From Hypanus sabinus (taxonomy: Eukaryota), in assembly GCF_030144855.1 (NCBI RefSeq), contig NC_082728.1, positions 34,286,001 through 34,350,000 on the forward strand: a DNA stretch of 64,000 bases, read 5' to 3'. Below are positions 21,437 to 36,400 of this stretch, piece after piece (positions within the stretch are counted from its first letter, which is position 1; each line of letters starts with the position of its first letter). The notes beneath the pieces are model-generated. The model saw nothing but the letters and a program-made list of their open reading frames with translations, was not told the origin of the DNA and ran no database searches. The position numbers were made by a program, and so were the translations under genes.

Positions 21437-24400
21437 ATGGCAGATGGTCAAGGGGATAAACCAATGGATGCTGATGTTAAAATGCAAAAACCTCCTGAGT
21501 TGGGTTTAAAACTAGTTCATCTGGATTTGAAAGGAGCACCACCCAAGATCTCCTACTTGCGTGAGGTACTTTAATAAGCAGAATGATGGATTTCTTTTAT
21601 TTAATAATGACTTAGTAGTATAACAAAGATCACTCTAAACTTCAAGAAGTTAGTTAATGTTATGTTTGGGTAGTGAAAGATGTCATCTAATTGATGAAAC
21701 AGTATTTAAAATGTGGTATCAAGTTTTGGGTGTATTAAGTCCTAGAGAGGATTGGATGAGAAGGTTACTTATTTTAACAGTTTTATGTACGATAGATTAG
21801 AGGAATTGGGGCTCTTTTCATTTGAAGTCAAGATCACTATCTTGAAGTCGATAAAATGGTTTATTTCAGTACTGATATAAGGGAGATATCCTATTTCGGA
21901 AACATTCAGTATTTTTGGCCAATGCTCATTCAAGTTTTAAGAATGAGAGATCGTAATGAGATGTAATAATTTGCAGGGGATTGGTAAGTAGATCAGAAAA
22001 AGCTGTTGAAGCTAGCTGGAGTATCTAGAACAATGGAATATCATCTCAGTATAAGGAGTATTGATATTTAAACGGAGCAGGTAACAAACCTTCACGCAAA
22101 ATGAAGTAAATCTTTGGATTTTTAAGATTTCAGAGGCTTGTGGATGCTCAAATGTTGATTATATTTGGTGCTTACAGTTTTAAAATGAGTTATATAAATA
22201 TTTAAACTGCTAGAAAGATATGGAACAAAGTACTTTGGTAGAATCCTTCAATGCTGCAAAGTTCTAAGATTCTAGTAATTAATTTGACACAGTAAAATAA
22301 AATATAACTGAGTAATATTTGAGTGTTTAAGGAAGTATTGTTATGGGCAACTACTCGTCAGCTGTGATTAGACTGTAGATAAAACTGCAAGACAAGTCAC
22401 CATTCGAAGTGTAAAGGCTGGTGTCCTGTCTTAGAAACGATAGGAAAAACAGTACATTGGGCACATTGGTTAATGTTCTGCTCTGATTGCTAATTTAATC
22501 CTCACTGCATTAGATAAAACAGGCTGAAGTAAATGCATTTTATATGCAATAAAACTACAGTAATCTGAATGTTATTATAAGATCAGAATCTTAAAAATGT
22601 TCTCTTTCTAATGTTAAAAGGTACTTTAGAATATAGGACAGTTCAGCACAGTACAGACTCTTCAGCCCACTAAGTTGTACTGTCCTTTTAACCTACTCCA
22701 AGATCATTAACCCTTTCCTCCAACATCACCCATAACCTTCATTTTTCTTTCATCAATATGCTAAAATTTCTGCCATTTCTTTTCTAAAATAACGGTCAAA
22801 TTAAGTCAGAATCAGGTTTTTATTATCACCAGCATGAGTTGAAATTCGTTCATTTAGTAGCAGCAGTTCAATGAACTACATGATATAGAAGAAAAAAAGA
22901 AGTAATAATAATAAATAAATATTATTTAGTGAACTTTATACAGTATATGCATATTGAATAGATAAAAAGATTTTTTTGCACAATTTTTAATGAAAAGTGA
23001 GTTAGTGTCCAAGGTTCAATGTCCATTTAAGAATTGGATGTAAAGGGGAAGAAGCTGTTCCTGAATCACTGAGTGTGTGCCTTCAGGCTTCTGTACCTCC
23101 TACCAAATGGTAACAGTGAGAAAAGGGCATGCCTGGGTTCTGGAGGCCCTTGATAATGGATGCTGCCTTCCTGAGATACAGCTCCTTGAAGATGTACTGT
23201 ACTGGGTACTTTGGAGGGTGGTACCCAAAATGCTGCTAACTAAAATTGCAAAACTCTGCAGTTCTTAGTCCTGTGCAGTAGTGCCCCCTTCCCCCATACC
23301 AGACAGTGATGTAACCCATCAGAATGCTCTCCATGGTACTTCTATAGAAGTTTTTGAATGTATTTGCTGACATAACCAAATCTTTTCAAACTCCTAATAA
23401 AGTATTACCACTGTCTTTCGCCTTTATAACTGTATAAGTTTGTTGGGACCAGGTTAGATCAACACCTAGGAACTTGAAACTGCTCACTCTCTCCACTTCT
23501 GATCCCTCTGAGGATTGGTATGTGTTCCTTCGTCTTACCCTTCCAGAAGACCACAATCAGCTCTTTGTCTTACTGACGCTGTGCCAGGTGATTGCTGTGG
23601 TACCATTCTACTAGTTGGCATATCTCAGTCCTGTATGCCCTCTCGTCACCACCTGAGATTCTACCAATAATGGTTGTATCATCAGCAAACTTATAGATGG
23701 TATTTGAGCTATGCCTAGCCACACAGTCATGGGTATATAGAATGTAGAGCAGTGGGCTAAGCACACACTCCTGAGGTGCACCAGTGTTGATCGTCAGTGA
23801 GGAGGAGATGTTATCACCAGTGTGCACAGTTTGTGGTCTTCTGATTAGGAAGTCGAGGATCTAGTTGCAGAGGGAGGTACAGAGCCCAAGGTTCTGCAAC
23901 TTCTCCATCAGGATTGTGGGAAGGATGGTTTTAAATGCTAAGCTATAATCGGTGAACAGCATCCTGACATAGGAGTTTGTGTTATTTAGGAGTCTAAATC
24001 CATGGGAAGAGCCATTGAGATTGCATTTACCATTGATCTATTGTGGCAATAGGCAAATTGCAACAGGTCCGGTCCTTGCTGAAGCAGGAGTTCAGGCTAG
24101 TCATGACCAACCTCTCAAAGCATTTCATCACTGTAGATGTGGATGGCTAGATCTATGGCATTCAAGCCTGCCTGTACCAGAAAACCAGGTATGATCTGTG
24201 AAAGGGGTATTTCTAGGGTGAAGAGACAATTTTGAATGAGTTTGGAGGGGCTGTCAGATGCACAACAACTCTGGCAGGTCTTGCAAGACATTACTTCCTA
24301 CAAGGTGAAACTGGATAGCTTGAATGGCAGTGATGCTTCACTACTAGAAGAACTCCATGCCTTCTATGCCTGCTTTGAAAGGGAGAATACAACTGCAGCT

Positions 24401-27400
24401 GTGAGGATCCTTGCTGCACCTGATGACTCTGTGATCTCAGAAGCCAATGTTAGGCTGTCTTTAAAAGAGAGTGCTGCAGTCTTCAGTTTCTGCCTACACT
24501 GAAGGAGTAGAAGTACAGCCAGGTGATCAGACTTCCCAATGTGAGGGCATGGAATAGCACAGTAACTATTCTTGATGGTGGTGTAGCAATGGTCCAATGT
24601 GCTGTTTCCTCTAACATTGCAAGTGATCTGTTGATGGAAATTGCTCTAGTGATTTTTTTTTTCCCCAGACTGGACTGGTTAAAATCTCTCAAAACAATGG
24701 TGAAGGTGTTAGGATGCACTGTTAAATGCATGTTGATCCCATTGCTCAGATCATCTAAAGCCTGATTGATACTGGCCTCAGGTGGAATGTATGCTGCTAC
24801 CAAAATGACCCTGGAGAACTCCCGTGGTAGGTAAAAAGGACGGCACTTAAATGCTGGATATTCCAGGTCTGGTGAGCAGAATTGGGACAGTACTAGTATA
24901 TTTGTGCACCAAGAAGAGTTGATCATGAGGCATACCCCTCCACTTCTGCTTTTGGGAGGCTCTATAGATCTATCCTGATGGTGTATAGTGAACCCATCAA
25001 ACTGAATCACTGCATCCAGTATGGAAGGGGTTAACTAGGATTCCATGAAACAAAGGACCCACGCAGTCCTAATGTCCCTCTGATTCAGCACCCTAGCTCT
25101 GAGATCATCGATTTTATTCACCAGAGACTGCACATTTGCCAGCAAGATAGTCAGATTTTGGAAGTTTAAAACCATGTTTCCTTAAACGCACTTGTAATTT
25201 ACCCCACTTTTCTCTATTGTTTAAGATCTCAAAACATTACAGGAAAGATTTGTTGAACAGAATTTTAACATGTCATAGTCGAAACTTTTTTGATTAAGGC
25301 TTTCCAATACAGAATGAAGCAGGTCCATTGCAGACTTTCTTTTTGTAGATCTTTCCTCTGTTTGCAGACCTGGGTGCAGATGGTATTCTCCTGGAGTATG
25401 AAGATATGTTTCCGTATGAGGGAAAGTTACAAGTTTTAAAGTCTCCAAATGCTTACAGGTGACTGTTAGACAAGTACAATAATGTTAGTAGAAATGATTT
25501 TTTCTGCTTTACCATAAAATAGCTTAGAAAAGCAAAGCAACATCTTGCAACTAAAAAAGATCACAAATAAAATGTGTTTTTAAAATGTGAAATTAATTTA
25601 ACACAATTAATTCCAATTGTTTAAATAACTACATTCTTTCATAAAACAAGGTCACATTCCTCTTTGCAATGCATTAGGGTTATAGAGACATGGAACTTTA
25701 CAGCACAGAAACAGGATGTTCGGCCTGTCGTCTGTGCCAAACTGTTAATCTGTGTATTTCCATCATGTACCTATCCAAATTTCTCTTAACTCTTGAAATG
25801 GAGCCCACATTCTCCACTTCCACTGGCAGCTCATTCCAAGCTCTCACCACCCTCTACTACCATTCTCTGGTTTCTCACACAAAGATAATTTACTACCTCA
25901 TCCTGAATGTTCTGACCAACCTCTCATAAAGGACCTTGTCAAAGGCCTTGCCAAAGTGTTTATTGTCATAACTGCATGCAGATCACATCACCACAAGCCA
26001 CCTTAGAAGTAGCACAGCTTGCATAACTCGTATGTCCCGGAAGTTGTATACTAGCAATTATGTGATCTGCCAGGTGTGAGCGATGTCTGTTTTCTCAGTA
26101 TTCTATGACATGGACTCTGGTTGCCCCTCCACTTCCTTGCACTTTATACATTGTGGATTTCTTTAGTAAAATCAGTTACACTGTGTTAGCAGCCCTTCTT
26201 TCTTTATTGCAAATAATAAGTAAGTTACTATTTCATCCTTCTGTGTTTCCTAAAAATGAATTATTGTATTTAAATGCTCATGAAGCAGATGGACTAATTG
26301 ATTTCCTGATGAGACTGTTATAATATGAATATGTTCATAGGCACATAAAAAACCTCAAAACACATGTTCTCAAATCTATGTCTCCCATTTATATTATCTC
26401 CAGTTTCTTTGAGATGTACAAACAATAAGACCCAAGCTGTAGTGTTTAATATGAAATTGAGTGTATGGTAACTATTGAGGGATAAGTGGTGTAAAGTAAA
26501 TTTACTGGAGAATTTAATAAATCCTTTCCTTTTAGTTAAGAATTATATACTCAACTGCTCTATCATTCGTATGCGTGGATAAATTACACCTTCCAAAACA
26601 AAAAGTAGCAGATTAGACGGTTAGTACAAATGGTTAAACATAGCGGAAAGCCGTGGTCTATTCTGGAGCAGGCATGCAGCAAAGTCACATGTCAGTGATT
26701 GTGCGAAATACCTATAGAGGTCTTGCATGTTTCGTCTGTGAAGCAGATTGACTCATTATTCTTTCGCAGGTTATTTAACAATTTGATTAAGTTCAACCAG
26801 CTCTGTTGGAGATGGGAACTGAGAAATTATGTTGAACTGTATTATGTATGAATTTTCAATAAAGAAATGCTTTCTACATTGCAGTCCTTCAGACATCAAA
26901 GATCTTATGGTTCTGGCCAAGACACTAAAGTTTGAAATAATTCCATTAGTGCAAACCTTCGGCCACATGGAGGTGAGTTTAGAGGCAAAAGAAAATGTAA
27001 AGGTATTTCTGGCCACAGGCCAGAGTGTATTGCAGCAGGTCCTAGTGTAGTGCATCACCTGGTGTTTGGGTGATTTTAAACACCAACTGAGATAGACTGA
27101 AAAGGCAAGTGTCAGGACCAGAACTGAGGGTTGGGCTGATTCTGCTCACTCTTTAGTGAAGTTTACTCCACTGCAAGACACTGTGAGACTGCTCTGGGTT
27201 GTCTGCGCTTCGTGTCTGCAAGCTTCACAGCAATTTGCACCACTGTGATGAACTGAAACTGAGGTTATGTGCCTGCTCTGGGTCTATGGGCTCAATTTGG
27301 TTCTGAATACAGTTGTTTGGTTTTATTGTTTGTATGATTTGTGTTTTTGTCCTCTGTGCATTGGGTGTGGGTCTTTTTTTTTTAAATTGGGCTAATTTGG

Positions 27401-30400
27401 GTTTCTTACTTGACTACCTGTAAGCAGAAAACTCAAGTTTGTATAATTTATACATACTTTGATAATAACATACTTTGAAACTTAGTAAAATTTACAAAAA
27501 CTTTTGAAAAAAATTACTGACAAAAGAGTGTTTAAGAAATTATTAACACAAATCTTAAATCAGTTTTGTGTTTATTTACAATTAAATTACTGAAGGAAAT
27601 AAGGAAATATTTATAAAATGACACTTAATTTTATCATGGTAGTATTTAAAAATGATATACAAGAGTAATATTGGTCAAAGCATCTAAGTAGAGTTTGTAG
27701 AAACACTTTCAAATACTGAATTATCTTTGATATATTCAGTAGTTGTACAGTTGATCAATGAAAAGTTGATAATTTACTATTTCATTGTTTTAAGTTTTGA
27801 ATTTCGGTTCATACTTTCAAGTGCAGGAAGTCTAGATTTATCAAATAACTTAACTCTGTATCTGACACTTGGCACTTTTGCTGAACTCCAGAGAATTATT
27901 TTTCAGGCGGTGCACTGGTCAGACCTGCATTCACCTGCATCATTCTAAGCCTGTGGATAGAGTACATAGGAAGCTCTAATTTCTTTTTCATTATTTTGCT
28001 TTAGTTTAATTGTATCATGTTTAATTATATTTTTTTATTTTATTTTGAGTTTTTAAATATTAGAAAATTATTTACTTCAACGCTTGGTAATGATCTGAAT
28101 TCAACATCTCTGAAAATATATCAGAACTTTAAAGCAAGCCAGGTCTTGCCTATCTGTAGCCCAGTTGCTGTTCAGTCACTGGATTCAAGGGCCAGCAGGA
28201 TGAATCTCAACATCCAGTTTAAATAAGTTTTAAACTATCAAGCATTCAAAATAGAAATTCAAAGTGGGGGAGATCAATTCAGCTTGATCTTGCTCATTGA
28301 GAAATACAATAAATTGTGAGAGAAAAATGTAATTAAAATGGCTTCTTTGTTGTTATACTGGTATTGATATTCTTTTTTTTAATCTTGTTCCTACAGTTTG
28401 TACTTAAACATAAAGCTTTTGCTCACCTTCGTGAAGTGAAAGTATTCCCTAACACTCTCAATCCACACAAAGGAGAGTCTATGGAATTAGTAAAATCCAT
28501 GATTGACCAGATAATGGCAATACATAACAACGTAAAATGGATACACATTGGATCAGATGAGGTAATGATGCTGGTCTTAGTTTATTATTGTTGTATACAC
28601 CTAGATACTGCAAAAAGCTTTGTTTTGTTTGCCACCCTGATGAATCATGCCATACTTAATTATACTGAAGAAGAAAGTTAGCAATGCAGAATATAATATT
28701 GTACTTTGTAGGAAAAATGCAGTGCATGTTAACAAATAAAATGCAAAGCTGATGAAGGCAAGGTAGTGGATGTTGTCTACATGGTCTTCAGCAAGGCATT
28801 TGTCAAAAAGTTTCAATCACATGGTATTCGAGATGCGGTAGTAAATTGAATTAGACATTGGCTTTGTGGGAGAAGCCAAAAAGTGGTAGTAGTTGATTGC
28901 CTATGACTGGAGGCTTGTGACTAGTGGAGTGCTGCAGGGATCAGTGCTCAGTCTGTTGCTGTTTGTCTTCTATAGCAGCGATCTGGAAGATTATGATGAT
29001 ATGGTTAAAACAAAACATACAAAATGCTAGTGGAACACTGCAGGCAGGCAGCATCTATAAGGAGAAGCACTGTCGACGTTTCGGGCCAAGACCCATCGTC
29101 AGGATGATGACAGTGCTTCTCCTTATAGATGCTGCCTGGCCTGCTGTGTTCCACCAGCATTTTGTGTGTGTTGTTTGAATTTCCAGCATCTGCAGATTTC
29201 CTCGTGGATGATGTGGTTAACTGGATTGGCAAATATGTGGATTGTTCCAAGAACGGGGCTGTAGTGGACAGCAAGGAAGACTTTCAAAGCTTGCAGCAGG
29301 ATCTGGATCAGCTGCAAAAATGGGCTGAAAAATGGCAGGTAGAATTTAATGCAGATAAGTGTGAGATGCTGCACTTCAGGAGGGCCAACCAGGATAGATC
29401 TAACACAGCCAGCCGTAGGGTTCTGAGGACTGTGGTAAAACAAAGGGATATGGGAATACAGGTCCATAATTCCTTGAAAGTGGCATCACAGGAAGATAGT
29501 CATAAAGAAAGCTGATGGGTAAATTGGCCTTCATAAATTAAAGTATTGAGTACAGGAGTTTAGATGTTATAAGATGTTGGTGAGGCCTAATTTGGAGTAT
29601 TGTTTGCAGCTTTGGTCACCTACCTACAGGAAAGATGTAAATAAGATTGAAAGGAGTACAGAGAAAATTGTACAGAGAACCTGAGTAAATAAGGAGGATT
29701 GAATAGTTTTGAACTTCATTCCCTAGGATGTAGAAGATTGTGGGAAATCTTGATAGAGGCGTACAAAATTGAGGGGTATAGATAGATAGGGTGAATGCAA
29801 GCAAGCATTTTCCGCTGAGGCCATGGGTTAAGGGTGAAATGTTTAAGGGGAACTTCGGGAAACTCAGAGGGTGGTGAAAGAGGAATGAACTGCCAGTGCA
29901 AGTGCTGGATGCAATTTTAATTTCAGTGATTAGAGAATGTTGGATAGGTACATGGGTGGGAGGGGTATGGAGGGTGATGGGAGTAGGCAGATTAAATGGT
30001 TTGCATAGTGTAGATGTGCCAAAGGGCCTATTTCTGTGCTGAAGTCTTCTATGACTCTAATTGTGACAACAAAGTAAGTTGGAAGATTGCAAGTGTCTGC
30101 TAACAGCGGGGTAAATATTGACTTGGTCTCTGATAGTATGTGCTTTCAAGCTTTTGTATCTTCTGCCTGATGGGAGAGGCGAGATGAAAAAGGTGAGAGG
30201 ATCCCCTAATTATGTTAATTGTTGTTTGCCCACAGCATCAGGAAGTATAGACAGAATCAACAGAGGTGGGGCAGTGCATTTCAGGCACTTACCTCTGTGT
30301 TAAAACATAGTAACAGAAAACCTACAGCACATTACAGGCCCTTCAGACCACAAAGTTGTGCCGAACATGTCCCTACCTTAGAAATTAATAGGCTTACCTA

Positions 30401-33400
30401 TAGCTCTCTATTTCTCTAAGCTCTATGTACCTATCTAATAGTCTCTTAAAAGATCTTGTGGTATCTGCCTTCACCACCGTTGCTGGCAGCCCATTCCACC
30501 CACTCGCTGCTCTCTGAGTAAAAAAAACTTACCCCTGACATCACCTCTGTACCTGCTCCCCAACCTGTATCCTCTTGTGGTAACCATTTCACCCCTGGGG
30601 AAAAAGCCTCTGGCTATCCACACGATCAATGCCTCTCATCATCTTATACATCTCTATCAGGTCACCTCTCATCCTCCGTCGCTCAAGGAGGAAAGGCCGA
30701 GTTCACTCAACCTATTCTCCTAAGGCATGCTCCCCAATCCAGGCAACATCCTTGTAAATCTCCTCTGCATCTTTTCTTTGGCTTCCACATCCTTCCTGTA
30801 GTGAGGCAACCAGAACTGAGCACAGTACTCCCAAGTGGAGTCTGACAAGGGTCCTATATAACTGCAACATTACCTCTTGGTACCTAAATTCAATTCCATG
30901 ATTGATAAAGGCCATCACATCGTACACATTCTTAACCACAGCGTCAACCTGCGCAGCTGTTTTGAGCATCCTATGGACTCGGACCCCAAGATCCCTCTGA
31001 TCCTCCACACTGCCAAGAGTCTTGCCATTAATACTAGATTCTGCCATCATATTTGACCTACCAAATTGAACCACTTCAGACTTACCTTGGTTGAACTCCA
31101 TCTGCCACATCTCAGCCCAGTTTTGCATCCCATCAATGTCCTGCTGTAACCTCTGATAGTCCTCCAGACTATACACACCACCACCAACCTTTGTGTCATC
31201 AGCAAACTTACTAACCCATCCCTCCACTTCCTTATCCAGGTCATTTATAAAAATCACAAAGAGTAAGGGTCCCAGAACTGATCCCTGTGGCACTCCACTG
31301 GTGACTGACCTGCATGCAGAATATGACCCGTCTACAACCACTGTTTGCCTTTTGTGAGCAAGCCAGTTCGGGATCCACAAGTAATATTCCCTTGAATCCC
31401 ATACCTCCTTACTTTCTCAATAAGCCTTGCATGGGGTACCTTGTCAAATGCCTTGCTGAAATCCATATACAGTACATGTACTGTTCTACCATCAACGTGT
31501 TCAGTCACATCCTCAAAATTCAATCAGGCTTGTAAGGTACGACCTGCCCTTGACAAAACTATGTTGACTATTCCTAATCGTATGAACATTTGGAGAAGTA
31601 TAATAAGTCCTGCCTCTCAGGATCTTCTCCATCAATTTACCAACCACTGAGGTAAGACTCACTGGTCTATAATTTCCTGGGCTATCTTTACTCCCTTTCT
31701 TGAATAAAGGAACAACATCCACAACCCTCCAATCCTCTGGAACCTCTCCCGTCCCCATTGATGTTGCATACATCATCACCAGAGGCTCAGCTGTCTCCTC
31801 CCTCGCCACCCACAGTAGCCTGGGGTACATCTCATCCGGTCCCGGTGACTTATCCAACTTGATGCTTTCAAAAGCTCCAGCACATCCTCTTTCTTAGTTT
31901 CTACATGCTCAAGCTTTTCAGTCTGCTGCAAGTCATCACTATAATCACTAAGATCCTTTTCCATAGTAAATACCTGAAGTATTCATTAAGTACCTCTGCT
32001 ATTTCCTCAAGTTCCATACACACTTTCCCAGTGTCACACTTGATAGGGCAGATTCTTTCACGTCTTAAATAAAAACACCACTAATATTTCCTGTAAACTT
32101 TCTTCCACTTGCCTTAAAAGAATATCCTCACATATTAGCCATTGCCACCCAGGGAAAAAGGCATTGACTCTCCACTTTGATCATCTCTATTAAATCACCT
32201 CTTATCCTCCAGTAAAGGTGCTGGTGTGCTGTCTTGGCTGTAGTATCCATGTGGCTTGTCCAGGGGAAATTTTGGAATATATTTGTGTCTAAGTACATGA
32301 AATCCCTCAACTGTCTCCACCTTTGCACCATTAATACAGACAAGGCTGTGTACTCCACCGCATTTTCTAGCTAGCTCCTTCATTTTGTTGATGTTAAGCA
32401 AAAAATCTGTCTTGCCACTGGGCCCTCCATTTCCATCCTGTGCTCAGTTTCATGATGTACAGATTATGTACAATGTTTAATTTGTAAACCTGGCCAACTG
32501 GAACTTTCTAGCAAGTGTCTGCATTTCTCCACATAAATTTTACTAAATTTGGGATTGTTATATAAATTTGAAGTTCCCAAACTGCAGACCACTCTGCTAA
32601 AAATGTTCTGCCTGCACAGTGATCTTGGACTCCACAGTGAATCCAACAGGCTTAACATTAACTTGATTTAGTTCACCAACACTTACAATAGGGAAGCTGT
32701 TCACTGATTAGCTGCAAAAGACCAGAATTAAGTGTAACCTTCAGGTTCAGCTAGCATCTTAATCTAGATGAAGACAGCCTCCGGCCCAGCCAAACTTCAG
32801 AAATCTTGTTTGGGTGGACACTGCGTGATGTGTTCCCTGTTACAAATCATTACCAGGAAATAACAAACAGTACAAAATATGGAATTAAACGATTGAGCTT
32901 TATAATGCTTAATTTGACTATAGGTTAGTAAAGAAACAAAAAAGAAAAAGGGCCCATTCACATGAAACAGTCTACTATGCACTTTGGAGCTCAAGTTTCC
33001 GTCCATTCGTTCCCCATCAACTTCCTCTGCGCGTTGCAGACCCTCGCTCCAAGTTCACTCCCTCCGGCGGTCTACCTGTCCCAGAACAGATCTCTGTCCA
33101 CTCGTGTCTTCTCTCTCCTCTCCCCAACAAAAGACGGCGAAATCCCTTCTTTCAAACCCATGAGAAGGAACAACATACCTCTCATTGGATGGTGCACATT
33201 TCCAAGCCCCATTATCTCTGGTCGTAACCCAAACATTGCTCCTGCAGAGAAAACATTACAGTAGTAGTGAAACATTACAGAGAGCCCTTTACATTAGCAG
33301 TGAAACCTTATAGTGTGTTACATAAGTATAGGGTATTTTATTTTTCTAATTAATTGAACTTGGTTAAATAGTTTTTGACACTTGAAAGGTTTAAATAAAG

Positions 33401-36400
33401 TCTTTCATAATCCTCATTCTGCTTTTTTAAGTTTCAGTGATGTTTGATATATTGCTTTGAATGCCAGGGGCACTGGATTTCATGCAACAAAGCGACACAA
33501 CAGTTAGTGCTGCTGCTGCCCAACTCAAATATCCTGGGAGTGACACTGACGCATGTATTGTCTGTGTTAGACTGTGAGTCATCTTGTTTCCTACATAATC
33601 CCAAAGATGTGCTTGCTGGTAGAGTAATTAGTTACAGTAAACTACCACTCATGTGGATGGTTGGTAGAGGAATGCAGGTTGGTAGATTACAGAGAAACAA
33701 ATAGAGGAATGGGACTGATGGAATTACTCTGAAATAAACTCAGTGAAATAAATTTTTTCTCTGGTGTGAACAAAATCCAAGTATATGTATGAGAAAAGAT
33801 GAACTTACATCAGCAACTTATCAGCCAGTTCTGACTCTTCCTCTTTGAAAGCTGTTCAGCCAGTTTTGCGATGAAAATTAATAGTTTGCAATATTACCTT
33901 TAGGTTTATTACCTCGGTGAAGGTGAAGAATCCAAGCAATTGATTGAGCAAGGCCAAACTGATAAAAATAGTCTGTTCATGTTTCATGTGAAAGCAGTTG
34001 CAAGCTACATCATTGCTACTCACTCAAATGTGAAACCTATAATTTGGGACGATATGCTCCGAAATATCAGTGCAGCTAAACTTAAAGGTATTACTGGTTT
34101 TGTCACTGACTGTTTGGAGGTAAATGCATAAAAAATACACATTTAATTTCATTGGTTTGTTCAGCAGGTCTCTCTTTCAGCATAGTCTCTTTTGCTCACC
34201 TACATACTGTTTGATCATCACCCAATGTTTTCTTCACTGCTTTTGATTTTTATTAATTTTTGTAATTTTATCCATAGCCTCTTGTTTGTTGCTAATGCTA
34301 AGAGGTATCTGAGTATTGCTGATTTAGACTTCTGCATTAATTGGATATCTCAGTATTTCAATTTTACTATAATTTCTGAAGGTAAATGTGGATTTTGGCC
34401 TAATGTAGTACCTGTAATGCATAATACTTGTGTGTCCTTATTTTCTGAGGTTTCTTTTGCTTTTACATTTGGTAGTATTTATTTGGATTATCTTATCTAG
34501 TGACAGGTTATTGTAACAGAATTATCAAAGAATGCAATCATTTTTAAACAAGCATAAATCAGAAGGTATATTCAATCTCATGGTTGTGTTCATTTGGTTT
34601 ATTCATACTTGAAATGAATATTAAAATAAAATTTTAAATTAATATGCTAATTATTTGTCTTTGTCTTGGAAAAGGTGTGTTGCCAGCAGTAATCTTTAGG
34701 TTATTCTAAAAAAGAATATTTTTTAACATTTTTATTTCAATTATCCATAGTTCATATTTAATGTTATCCCCTAAATGTTATTAAACATATTTGCTGTCTA
34801 TTGCCATAATTAATGGATAGTTTTTCCAGAGAACTAATATTAACCCTTTTATTTCCATTGACCCTAACATTTTCCTTAAGAATTTATGCTCTAATTGAAC
34901 AATAATATTTATAAAAGGATGATCACGTCAACAAGTTTTTAGTTAGCATCTATAAAGAATTAAAATACAGATGATTTGAGAATTAAACCAGAAGTTTATA
35001 TTTATTTTGGCCTTTTATAATAAGTTAAAGAAAGTTTGTATTTTCTATTTAGATTTTTTGAATGTTATTTTGTCTTTGTCATATGATCTTTATTGTCATT
35101 ATACATAAGTACAGTGAATTTGATGCATGTATTAAATAAACTGCTTTTCCTTTATCTCCCGTTAGAATCTATGTTAGATCAGCTGGTTGAACCAATGATC
35201 TGGGTATATAATGCTGACCTTGATGTGAATAAGATGTGTAAGTAAAATTATTTAGAAAATTTTCAATATCCATAAATTAGTGAAAGACATAAAATGAATT
35301 GTGTGGCAGAAGTGGTTCAAATTTGAATCAATATATCCTGAAAAGGTATAAATTCATTCTATGGTGCAACCCAAAAAGAGGAATATTGCAAAGAGATTAA
35401 AACAAAATGGCCCTTTAAATCTCCTCTGTACAAGGAATGGCATCATCCTTTATCAGAATGATGATGTTTATTTCTTCTACTATTTTCTCATGCTACTGTG
35501 TTCATTATTAAAAGGCCTCATGAAGGCTACTGCAAAGCTAATCAAATTTTCTCTAGCAGCAAGATGAAGAAATTTCTGCAGTTCTGTGATTGCAGTTGCC
35601 AGTTTGATTTAATTACCAACACATGCATTCTTTGGTGCATTTTAAAACTTATATTAGAAATTGTATGTCTTGTGAAACGTTCAGCCAATATAGAATTTCA
35701 GAAAACGTACAATAATGTTAATCAATATGTCACTAAAAATAAATCTGTTTTGCTACCCACAACAAGGCTGAAAACATACTTTATTTTGCATTTGTGGTAA
35801 ACTGAAATGAAGTAGTGTTTGTATTAAGCAGAATAGGCCAGATCATGTTTCATAATGTGATATTGTTTAATTTCATAGCACTTCAAATACAAAAATATCA
35901 GAGAATGGGATTCTCTCAAATATGGTTTGCAAGTGCTTTTAAAGGAGCTACAGGTGCAGCTCAGTGTCTAACATCAATTAGCTATCACTTGGCTAACCAC
36001 CTGCAGTGGCTGAAGGTAGCTGAGACTCTGCCAAGAAACTCCATTCATTTACAGGGGATTGCACTCACTGGTTGGCAGAGGTATGCAAGGACTCTGATTT
36101 TTGTAGTGTTTGTTCCATTATCAAATGTGTTGAAATCTTTCTAGCTGTTTTATTGATTGTCAATTTCATTTGTCTAACAGCCTTTTTTAAATGAACTATT
36201 ATTGCCTTGCTTCATTTTCCTCATCCTTAATAACAAATCTGTAGAAGTTGTTAAGTTTCCTCTGAATTGAAAAACATTATTGTATAAACCATCGTTTTTC
36301 TTAAATCTACTTACTAATTCAGTTTAATGACAAATTAACCCATTTCCAGTTGGAGATCCTTAATGGCATCCAATTGTATTGCAATATATCTCAAAACAGT

